In this document: positions 8,557 to 15,433 of the stretch, one piece after another
How the letters are laid out: every line of letters begins with the position of its first letter
Numbering within the stretch: position 1 is the stretch's first letter
Source of the DNA: an uncultured virus (IMG/VR IMGVR_UViG_3300007900_000103)
Taxonomy: Duplodnaviria; Heunggongvirae; Uroviricota; Caudoviricetes
IMG/VR virus record: IMGVR_UViG_3300007900_000103
Reading direction: 5' to 3' (one strand)
Length of the DNA stretch: 20,000 bases
The notes under the pieces: generated by a model
What the model was told of the DNA's origin: nothing
The model's input: only the letters and a program-made list of their open reading frames with translations
Databases searched by the model: none
Program-made: the position numbers and the translations under genes

Positions 8557-8637
8557 GTCCCGCTCTTGTCAGTGGCTATCTCCCAGCTTCGGCTAACATA
8601 GGGAGAGTCTGAGCCTGTTATTCGGGCATGATGTTTG
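8557..8637 (-). ncRNA. putative structured RNA, copy A of a motif also at 13373-13430
   Basis: Four collinear blocks shared with the inter-tRNA spacer; stems TCTCCC/GGGAGA and GCCTG/CGGGC; lies between two terminators. Confidence 0.45.
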
Positions 8638-8673
8638 AAAAAAAGAGCCGCCCAAATCAATCAAGGCGGCTCT
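8638..8673 (-). terminator. intrinsic terminator of leftward early operon
   Basis: GAGCCGCC/GGCGGCTC stem + T7 on minus strand. Confidence 0.8.
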
Positions 8674-8719
8674 CTGTTACCCCGGACAGCGCACTCCGCT
8701 ACCGGGTGGTGGTTTCAGT

Positions 8720-9277
8720 TTAGCCGACCACGCGCAGCTTCGTCTTTGGTGCAGGTTTGATCGCTTCCTTAGCGATGTCTACAAGAGCCTCAGAGCTGTG
8801 CATCCAGCGCCCATTATCGGTGACCTCAGCGCCATGATCTTCCAGCGCTTTCTCAACCAGAGCGTAATCCTCTTTGTTGAGAGTGAAGTTGATCTGCCGC
8901 CGATTTTCAAGCAGCTGCTCAATCTTGTTGGCTATGGCACGTTTACCGACCTTCTGGGTTGCCCCGATTAGGTACTCAGCGACACGAGTGAAGCTGAACG
9001 TCTTGATCAGGTCAAGCGCCTCTGTCTTATTGTAGCCCAGACGCTTGAAGTTGCGGTACGTGTTGTAGTACTTGCTTGCGGTGCTTGTCGTGAACGACAG
9101 TTCCTCTGCGACGAGATGACCGAACGACTCATAGCCGAGGACATCCCAGAGCTTACTGTGCTCTATTGCTGACAGAATCTGTCCCATCTCGAAGAACGCA
9201 CCAGTGACCTGTTCGTCAAGGCTGATGAGTCTGTCAAGAAGGTTTTCTGCATACACCTTTGGTGACATTTGTGACAT
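8720..9277 (-). CDS. hypothetical DNA-binding protein (DUF3102-like N-terminus)
   Basis: FFEMGQILSAI...LGYESFGHLVAEELSFTTSTASKY pattern; GGAGA SD before ATG 9277. Confidence 0.7.
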   Translation of the reverse strand: MSQMSPKVYAENLLDRLISLDEQVTGAFFEMGQILSAIEHSKLWDVLGYESFGHLVAEELSFTTSTASKYYNTYRNFKRLGYNKTEALDLIKTFSFTRVAEYLIGATQKVGKRAIANKIEQLLENRRQINFTLNKEDYALVEKALEDHGAEVTDNGRWMHSSEALVDIAKEAIKPAPKTKLRVVG

Positions 9278-9356
9278 TGTTTTCTCCAGTAAAAGGGGCT
9301 GAGGTTGCAAAGCTAACAGAGCCTCATTTAAGCCAACTCTAGGCACCCCGGTTGAT

Positions 9357-10493
9357 TTAAGCAGCGACAGGTTGTGCCAGTGCTATGCGTTGCCACTGAG
9401 CGGTGTTGAGATCAATGATCTCTGAGCCAATCTGTTCCAGCTCACATGCTCGCTCGTAGTCAACCTCATCGCTGTTCGCGATCTTCGTGACTGCGTTGAG
9501 CAGACCCCACTTAGTGAAGTCACCATCCTGAAGGAAGTTGGAGATGACGCTTTTCTTCTCGTCCTCTCGAATATCAACCTGCTTCGCGAGCTGATCAACA
9601 CCTGCAAAGGCATCTTCAACTATGATGGTGTCTTTCGTGTCCCGAAGAGCATCACCCATCTTGGTGACGTTCTCAGGGTTCGTCAGAGCGGTCAGTGCGT
9701 CGTTTACCTCAGCAATGATCAGCTCATTCTGCTTGCGCTTGGTCTCATCTGAGAAGACCTCGAAGTCACCGTTGGCAATAAGCTCGCCGCCGAGGTGAAT
9801 GCGCTTCGTCTTGAAGATTCCAGTCTTGCCGAAGACACACCCGTTGAGGCAATAGTCCCGGTAGAAGAAACCCTCGGTTTCCATTGATCCCATGCCGGTC
9901 TCACTGTTCTTGATGACAGCACCGGGACGTACAATGTCCGGGCTTCCATCACGCAGCGTTCCAATCTCTTGCGCCAGACTGTCATCAGTGAACAGTACCT
10001 TCAGGTACATGCGGTTCTCTGAGATGTTAGAGCTGAGCATCTGGTTGGGGATGTCGCCTTTGACGAGAGGCGGCAGTACCTGTTCCAGAACCTGATCGTT
10101 GTCGATCATCTTGTAGCGATTGGAAAGGAAGGCACGAGCGACCGCTTGACCATCTTGTTCGATGGTGCGCAGTAGCCGTGTTTGAGGCTCACGCTCGAAC
10201 AGAGCATTCACCTGTTGCATCACCAGATCACGGTGATCGTTCAGAAGTCTGAAGTAGTACTTCAGGGGAATCTGAAGTCGCGCTGAGATTTGCCGGTGAC
10301 AGTTGTCACTGATCGCAAAACGCTCCAGCTCTGATTCACCTTCTTTGCGCAGTACAATAGCAACCTGATTGGGCAGTTCTTCTGCATCTACCATGGCAAT
10401 TGCTTCCTCGGTATTTGCAACGAAGTCCCGCTTCGTCTTTTGCTGCTCAACCACGGTGGTGAGAAGGCTTTCGAGTGACATTCCACGTTTCAT
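9357..10493 (-). CDS. DUF932-family phage/ICE protein
   Basis: MKRGMSL...TKRDF, RAFLSNRYKMIDN, NSETGMGS, R-x-x-CLNG, FTKWGLLNAVT motifs; AGGAG SD. Confidence 0.85.
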   Translation of the reverse strand: MKRGMSLESLLTTVVEQQKTKRDFVANTEEAIAMVDAEELPNQVAIVLRKEGESELERFAISDNCHRQISARLQIPLKYYFRLLNDHRDLVMQQVNALFEREPQTRLLRTIEQDGQAVARAFLSNRYKMIDNDQVLEQVLPPLVKGDIPNQMLSSNISENRMYLKVLFTDDSLAQEIGTLRDGSPDIVRPGAVIKNSETGMGSMETEGFFYRDYCLNGCVFGKTGIFKTKRIHLGGELIANGDFEVFSDETKRKQNELIIAEVNDALTALTNPENVTKMGDALRDTKDTIIVEDAFAGVDQLAKQVDIREDEKKSVISNFLQDGDFTKWGLLNAVTKIANSDEVDYERACELEQIGSEIIDLNTAQWQRIALAQPVAA

Positions 10494-10540
10494 ATTTTGT
10501 TCTCCTAATAGTGTCACCGGACAGCCCGGTGAGTTCGTTA

Positions 10541-10569
10541 ATTATCGGTGTTGTTCCAACGGAAGTCAA
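10541..10569 (-). promoter_or_regulatory. strong sigma70-type promoter with putative operator in spacer
   Basis: TTGACT-17-GATAAT; near-palindrome GTTCCAACGGAAG at 10553-10565. Confidence 0.8.
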
Positions 10570-10599
10570 CACCTAATGGTAATTATTTATCATCAACTG

Positions 10600-10869
10600 C
10601 TAATCTCTTGGGGGCAGTTCCCCTTCTGGGTCGGGTGGGTTGCGATACAGTGGTGATGCTTTCGGATCGTTGATCGCATACTCCAGCAACTTCAGGTAAG
10701 AGTCCGACATCGCACGATGCGACGGACTACCGTCTGGCTGTAGCCATCGTGTGACGGTAGAGATTCCAACCTTCAGGTGCTTGGAAACCCAGCGCCTGCT
10801 CAGTCCATAACTGGTCATAGTCCTGTGCAAGCGCTGGCTGTTGTCCCGGCCCCTGCCGAGTTTATTCAT
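10600..10869 (-). CDS. small HTH transcriptional regulator
   Basis: GLSRRWVSKHLKVGISTVTRWL HTH; AAGGAGG SD before ATG 10869. Confidence 0.8.
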   Translation of the reverse strand: MNKLGRGRDNSQRLHRTMTSYGLSRRWVSKHLKVGISTVTRWLQPDGSPSHRAMSDSYLKLLEYAINDPKASPLYRNPPDPEGELPPRD

Positions 10870-11035
10870 GTGTACCTCCTTTGAGCCACACCGTCCGACC
10901 GTCCTCCAGTTCAATGATGGTGTAGCTGTGTGTTATGCACCGGACTATTCCCGGCACCCCTTTGTGAATGACCTTCTCACCGCTATGAAACTCTGCCGGT
11001 GGGTTCTCATCCCAAGCGTCAGCGAAGCCGGACAT
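10862..11035 (-). CDS. small 57-aa hypothetical protein (possible SH3/KOW-like beta barrel), absent from ORF track
   Basis: MSGFADAWDENPPAEFHSGEKVIHKGVPGIVRC...IIELEDGRTVWL; TGATG coupling upstream, overlap downstream. Confidence 0.7.
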   Translation of the reverse strand: MSGFADAWDENPPAEFHSGEKVIHKGVPGIVRCITHSYTIIELEDGRTVWLKGGTHE

Positions 11036-11649
11036 CAGACTATTGCCTGATCAATCGCTTCGCATACCGAGGATTTACCCTCTTCCTTGAAGCTCTCGAA
11101 CTTGGCATCATTCTCTGCCGTCTGTTCGTTGTAGAACTCAGTCTCAAGCTGGTCCTGCTCAGCCTCGTGCTCACGCTCAGCGTCATTACGATCGTCCTCT
11201 TCCTCGAACTCTGAGTCATCGAAGTCCTCGCGTTCGTAGTCTTCATCGTCAGGCTCTTCAGGCTCATCGAGGCAGTCTATGTCAGAGATAGCGCTATCCA
11301 GTGCGTCGATCCGCTCTTGAAGAAGTTCGCCTGTCGGTGCGTACTGGAGCTGCTCTGGCATGTTATCCAGACTGTCCTGTGTCTCCGACTGAAGCTCTTC
11401 GAGCTGACCCTTGATGTCATCGAGCATTCCTTCCCAGTCGCTATGCTCTTCGAGCGTGTACCCCTCGACCTCTTCCTGTATCGAATACAGGGTGCCGAAG
11501 TATGCAGACTGTGTGAGCTGTGACTGCTTGGGAGGTGTCAGTGAGTAGCGCTTGCCACCGTACCGAAACTTCCACCAGTAGTATGACTGTCCCTTCTTAC
11601 AAACCGGATTATCTTTCCGGGCTTTCTTTACAAATGTGACTCTAGGCAT
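11035..11649 (-). CDS. hypothetical protein with basic N-terminus and very acidic C-terminal half
   Basis: MPRVTFVKKARKD...YYWWKFRYGGK; D/E-rich tract; GGAG SD. Confidence 0.85.
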   Translation of the reverse strand: MPRVTFVKKARKDNPVCKKGQSYYWWKFRYGGKRYSLTPPKQSQLTQSAYFGTLYSIQEEVEGYTLEEHSDWEGMLDDIKGQLEELQSETQDSLDNMPEQLQYAPTGELLQERIDALDSAISDIDCLDEPEEPDDEDYEREDFDDSEFEEEDDRNDAEREHEAEQDQLETEFYNEQTAENDAKFESFKEEGKSSVCEAIDQAIV

Positions 11650-11875
11650 TGTTATCTCCATCTTCTATAAATTGTGTGCCGCTTGTGTTGTACGAGACTA
11701 GAATCTTCGACTCAAGGTCGCGCAGCTCTATGTATCTCGTCCTCCATACACTCGTTTCACTCCATGCTGCCTCATCAGGAATCTGCTGAATCTCAGCCCT
11801 GACGAACTTCAGCATCAGCATCAGCTCGCTACGGCTTAGGGTGATTTTGAACTTATCTGTAAGTACCCTAGGCAT
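11642..11875 (-). CDS. hypothetical protein
   Basis: 77 aa, overlaps both neighbours. Confidence 0.7.
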   Translation of the reverse strand: MPRVLTDKFKITLSRSELMLMLKFVRAEIQQIPDEAAWSETSVWRTRYIELRDLESKILVSYNTSGTQFIEDGDNNA

Positions 11876-12722
11876 CGTCTTCTTCCTTGATCTTCTCGAC
11901 TCTGATTCCGTACTCTTTTTCTTCGAGTATCTCTCTCAGGGTTGAGACAAACTTTTGGTCAGCTTCGGTCGGTACACTACTGTTGCTGAACGTGTAACCG
12001 AAGAACCTATTCATCTGATCATTCAGCATGGAGCGAACCATAGCTGTGAGCAGTTCAGTCAGGTCGGTAATCTCACCAGCCTCTCTGGTCTTGTAGCGAG
12101 TTCCTGTTTCAAATTCCTCGACCACAGTAACCAGCGTCTGATGGAACCCGCGACCGTAGTCTCGCGCCTTGACACCATAAGTAAAGTTGCCGTTACGGTT
12201 CTCACGCTCGATCGCATCAGTGACCCGGTAGAAGTTTTCGTTCTCGATTGAAACTCCATCGAACTCTTTGAGCATGTAGTTCATCTCATGCTCACCATTC
12301 TCTGCCAGATCACGAAGCGGTTTCAGGAAGCGATCTTGGATAGCTTCGTCCTCTACCATCAAGGCGCTGTACTTAGCACGTATACGTGTTTCTTCTGCGC
12401 TTGCCTTGTTTTCTTTTTCGCGCTTCTCGGCAGCAACCTCTTGGTTGAACTTGCGTACTTCCTTCTGCATCTCAGGTGTAGCCAGAGATACGGACGGAGA
12501 TGATCGTGAGTAACCTGCGCCAACCTCTCTGCCGTTACTCTTCATGAAGCGTTTCGGCTTGCTGCTCAAGTTCTCAGCAGCAACGGTGAATTGTTTCTCG
12601 GTGACCCGAATTACTTCGAGCGGCATCGAGTAGTGACCCCGAAAATTCTTGCCGAATCCGGCTGTAAAGAGGTAGACCTTTTGTCCGACCTCGATATTCT
12701 TTCTTTCAAGTCTGTTCATCAT
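11868..12722 (-). CDS. hypothetical protein (beta-rich N-terminal domain + coiled coil)
   Basis: 284-aa ORF in operon with AGGA SD. Confidence 0.8.
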   Translation of the reverse strand: MMNRLERKNIEVGQKVYLFTAGFGKNFRGHYSMPLEVIRVTEKQFTVAAENLSSKPKRFMKSNGREVGAGYSRSSPSVSLATPEMQKEVRKFNQEVAAEKREKENKASAEETRIRAKYSALMVEDEAIQDRFLKPLRDLAENGEHEMNYMLKEFDGVSIENENFYRVTDAIERENRNGNFTYGVKARDYGRGFHQTLVTVVEEFETGTRYKTREAGEITDLTELLTAMVRSMLNDQMNRFFGYTFSNSSVPTEADQKFVSTLREILEEKEYGIRVEKIKEEDDA

Positions 12723-12726
12723 CGTC

Positions 12727-13050
12727 TTATCCTATTAGTGTGCGCTCACCCTCCGTGAGCGGTTCATACATTCTGGTGTAGGCTTCGATCTCGTAACTGA
12801 CATTCATGTAGCCGACAGTCCAGAGTTCGTAGTAGTAGCGGATGTTCCACATCAGCCAGCCTTCACGTTTTGCTTGGTAGTAGTGAATCAGCTCATGCTT
12901 GATGAGCGCATCACGACTCCACTTCTTCTTCCCGGTAAAGGTCATGATTCCGAGGAAGGGTAGGGCATGAAATTTTGCCGGGTATCCTTCCATGAACCAG
13001 CGACCAAAGCGGGTTCGTTCCATGTTGTAAATCACTATCAGTTTCATCAT
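12727..13050 (-). CDS. small HExxH zincin-like metallopeptidase (DUF4157-like)
   Basis: LIKHELIHYYQ and downstream YEIEAY third-ligand motif. Confidence 0.7.
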   Translation of the reverse strand: MMKLIVIYNMERTRFGRWFMEGYPAKFHALPFLGIMTFTGKKKWSRDALIKHELIHYYQAKREGWLMWNIRYYYELWTVGYMNVSYEIEAYTRMYEPLTEGERTLIG

Positions 13051-13149
13051 TCTCCCTGTTCAAGTTGAATGGGCCTTTCACCCAACCGGACGTTCTATAT
13101 TTTTGTCTGCTGGTGCTAAACGTCTAAGGCGCACCTGTTCTGTTTCGTT

Positions 13150-13234
13150 TGGTGCCGGGAGCGGGGGTCGAACCCGCACGGCTTTCGCCAACAAATTTTA
13201 AGTCTGCTGTGTCTACCAATTCCACCATCCCGGC
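13150..13234 (-). tRNA. tRNA-Leu(UAA)
   Basis: 85 nt; GCCGGGA/TCCCGGC acceptor, GGAATTGGTAGAC D-arm, CT-TAA-AA loop, long variable arm, GGTTCGAC T-loop, encoded ACCA. Confidence 0.95.
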
Positions 13235-13428
13235 TGAAAATCTGCGCCCCTCGGCTACTGCTCTCGACTTACGTAGCTGGTTGTGAGTGATCGCGTGGAA
13301 CCCAACAACCTTCGAGGGACGACTTTAGACAATCCATGGCTCGTCCTAACCAGTGATCCGTGCTGAATCCGCGTCCCGCTGTTATCACCCACGGTACTCG
13401 GCTTACAGTCCACACATCACATGATGTT
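13235..13428 (-). ncRNA. putative ~190-nt multi-stem RNA between the two tRNAs (contains copy B of the shared motif)
   Basis: Five compatible 5-6 bp stems; no plausible ORF; co-transcribed with tRNAs. Confidence 0.5.
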
Positions 13429-13513
13429 TGGTGCCGAAGAAGGGACTCGAACCCTTACGTCTTACGACACTGGATTTTGAATCCAGCGTGTCTACCAATT
13501 CCACCACTTCGGC
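13429..13513 (-). tRNA. tRNA-Leu(CAA)
   Basis: 85 nt; GCCGAAG/CTTCGGC acceptor, CTGGA-TTCAAAA-TCCAG anticodon arm, long variable arm, GGTTCGAG T-loop, encoded ACCA. Confidence 0.97.
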
Positions 13514-13580
13514 GTAGTGTCGGTTTGGTTGCCTTAATTTCTTGTGGTAACCCATCGCGTGGATGCCACCGACGAAACGC

Positions 13581-13609
13581 ACTATAGTTCCATTGGAACG
13601 TCATGTCAA
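13581..13609 (-). promoter_or_regulatory. near-consensus sigma70 promoter for tRNA/early operon with palindromic operator
   Basis: TTGACA-17-TATAGT; palindrome GTTCCA-T-TGGAAC at 13587-13599. Confidence 0.85.
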
Positions 13610-13644
13610 CACTTTTTGTGAAAAAAATATCAATCAGTGATAAA

Positions 13645-13672
13645 TTCATATTCCAGCCCCCAATGGTAGAAT
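13645..13672 (+). promoter_or_regulatory. extended -10 promoter for terS (probably leaderless mRNA)
   Basis: TGgTAGAAT at 13664-13672, TTCATA 16 nt upstream of the hexamer, ATG 6 nt downstream, no SD. Confidence 0.55.
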
Positions 13673-13678
13673 CGCTAC

Positions 13679-14326
13679 ATGGCACATCGGAAACACCTCA
13701 GCCCCAGATTGCGGCTGTTCTGTGCGAATTACGCCAAGACACAGAACGCTTACCGCTCAGCGATTGACGCTGGATATTCAGAGAAGTACGCGAAAGCTCA
13801 CTCAGGCAAGATGCTGGAGAGACCAGAGGTCGTTGCTGAGATCAAGCGGATCAGAGCACGGCTTACAGAGCAGGCAGATAAGTCTGCCACAGATGTCGTC
13901 AACGAGTTCTCGAAGATCGCATTCACCGACCGGGTGGACTTCCTGAAAGAAGACCCACTGATGACAGGTCAGTGGATGTACAAGGCACCTGACGAGCTGA
14001 CAGAGCAGCAGAGGGCTGTTGTCGAGAAGGTGACGTACTCGATCCATGAGTTGAACACGGTCAACGAGCACGGTGATGTGGTTCCGGTGTTCCGGCAAGA
14101 GTTCAATTACATCTTTGCAGACAAGACCAAAGCACTTGAGAGCATGGGCAGGCACTTCGGTATCTTCGATGACAAGATCAAGCTGCAACTGCAACGACAG
14201 AATCCATTTGCGAACGCTACTCCAGCCCAGCTCGAAAAGCTGAAGAAGTCGTTCATCACCACCATGAATCAACCAGACGCAAAATCGCCAGCGTTGATCG
14301 AAGGAAAAGCGGAAGCCAAAAAATGA
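13679..14326 (+). CDS. terS: terminase small subunit
   Basis: LSPRLRLFCANY...NAYRSAIDAGYSEKYA...LERPEV N-terminal HTH and DKTKALESMGRHFGIF motif (Terminase_2 type). Confidence 0.92.
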   Translation: MAHRKHLSPRLRLFCANYAKTQNAYRSAIDAGYSEKYAKAHSGKMLERPEVVAEIKRIRARLTEQADKSATDVVNEFSKIAFTDRVDFLKEDPLMTGQWMYKAPDELTEQQRAVVEKVTYSIHELNTVNEHGDVVPVFRQEFNYIFADKTKALESMGRHFGIFDDKIKLQLQRQNPFANATPAQLEKLKKSFITTMNQPDAKSPALIEGKAEAKK

Positions 14327-14580
14327 AGAACAGAACGTGTTACCTGATGGTAACGGACCTCGCAGTAGAGGAAGGGGATGCAGGGCTTGAGTGGGGTGTC
14401 AGCTACGGGCTGGAAGAAGGCGAAGAGCTGCCAGAAGACGTTGAGGAACTCACAGAGGCACAGTTCACGGTGTATCAGGTACTACAGATTCTGAAGGGTG
14501 TGTTCGAGGATGCAGAGATCGGTCACATCATGGGTGAGAAGCCATCTGGTTTGATTGTTCCGGGCGGCATGAAAGAGTAA
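14323..14580 (+). CDS. acidic hypothetical protein
   Basis: ATGA overlap with terS; C-terminal SGLIVPG motif. Confidence 0.75.
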   Translation: MKNRTCYLMVTDLAVEEGDAGLEWGVSYGLEEGEELPEDVEELTEAQFTVYQVLQILKGVFEDAEIGHIMGEKPSGLIVPGGMKE

Positions 14581-14612
14581 ACTGAACGATCAGACAAACA
14601 GAGGGGAAGAGC

Positions 14613-14837
14613 ATGAGAGCCAGCTGGAGAAAGCCACCGGGACCACTAGTCATGAAGCCACCCGTGCAACGTGCTCTTACCCCAGTCGCACCAGAGGCGG
14701 CAGTGTCAGCCACGCAGAAGCCACTCGGAAAACCAGTGGGACCAGTCAGCCCTGTTGAGAACGTGGTGAACTCATCCATGTCACAGAGGGGCGGCACGAT
14801 CGGCAAGGCCCTGCGCGGCAAGATGAGGACCAGATGA
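14613..14837 (+). CDS. Pro-rich basic hypothetical protein
   Basis: GAGGGG SD; ATGA overlap downstream. Confidence 0.6.
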   Translation: MRASWRKPPGPLVMKPPVQRALTPVAPEAAVSATQKPLGKPVGPVSPVENVVNSSMSQRGGTIGKALRGKMRTR

Positions 14838-14932
14838 GGACCGGAATCAAGTGGGCAATCGCCCTACTGATCCTCGCTATCATTGCAATGATGGTTGTGC
14901 CAGCCGTGTATGGCTGGTTCCACATGATGTAA
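14834..14932 (+). CDS. 32-aa single-TM peptide (MRTGIKWAIALLILAIIAMMVVPAVYGWFHMM), absent from ORF track
   Basis: ATGA coupling, GAGGA SD, one hydrophobic helix. Confidence 0.65.
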   Translation: MRTGIKWAIALLILAIIAMMVVPAVYGWFHMM

Positions 14933-15007
14933 TGGCGTTCGGGTGATAACGAAGGCGCAGTGGGATGGCGCTGACCCTGATGTGAAGTGGGACTTCTTTC
15001 CAAACCT

Positions 15008-15319
15008 ATGAAGCGCGGCTACGAAATCGACCTCGAATATTTGTGCAAAAACCAGCGCTTTTCACCTTCTCAGGTGGTATCATCTGAGCTAGTATATCCA
15101 AAGGGCGCTGTGCCCAATTCGCAGCTCATTTGGATCAGGATCGAACTGACCAACAAGGAGCGTCAGTTTGTGACGCTGGCGCTGACCGACTTCCATAAGT
15201 ACATCAAGCTGCCAGAGTCGAACATTGGTGGATGGACGGATGGCGAGATCGGATCAGATTATGCAGGACTTGACCCCCGGTACAAGGTTGTCGATCAAGG
15301 GGGCAGCGACAAGGTATAG
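15008..15319 (+). CDS. hypothetical protein
   Basis: ORF in operon; start ATG 15008 or GTG 14987. Confidence 0.7.
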   Translation: MKRGYEIDLEYLCKNQRFSPSQVVSSELVYPKGAVPNSQLIWIRIELTNKERQFVTLALTDFHKYIKLPESNIGGWTDGEIGSDYAGLDPRYKVVDQGGSDKV

Positions 15320-15433
15320 CTGTTCGTACAGCACAGCGCAGAAGTCGTTGCGTTCATTGTGGCGACAGAATTTTCTAAGCAGAACAACTATCGACGGTCT
15401 GCTTTGGTATGAAGGCAGACAGGAGAGATTGAT

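Noticed and set aside
9295..9350. TPP riboswitch-like GGGGTGCC start on minus strand
   Set aside because: Lacks UGAGA and the P4/P5 consensus.
8681..13090. Recurrent CCGGAC motif (near 8682, 10517, 10940, 11028, 13086) as a regulatory repeat
   Set aside because: Only 6 bp, and two copies lie inside the small CDS 10862-11035; compatible with chance.
13051..13428. Theta/HDV-like ribozymes at tRNA 3' ends
   Set aside because: Could not fit the nested P1-P2-P3-L3-P1.1 topology; the loop is too short for P3/L3.
13150..13513. tRNAs as prophage attachment site / host boundary
   Set aside because: Both are full length, flanked by phage genes on both sides, with no integrase or duplicated 3' fragment in the window.
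13290..13563. CGCGTGGA as a type I-C CRISPR repeat fragment / RNA anti-CRISPR
   Set aside because: No ATTGAAAC end, no repeat hairpin, no array spacing.
14923..14950. Possible third copy of the shared RNA motif (CATGATGT, GGGTGATAAC)
   Set aside because: The two matches are in opposite orientations relative to the motif and overlap coding sequence.
15325..15375. c-di-GMP-I (GEMM) riboswitch resemblance
   Set aside because: No GNRA tetraloop/receptor or GCAAA consensus.
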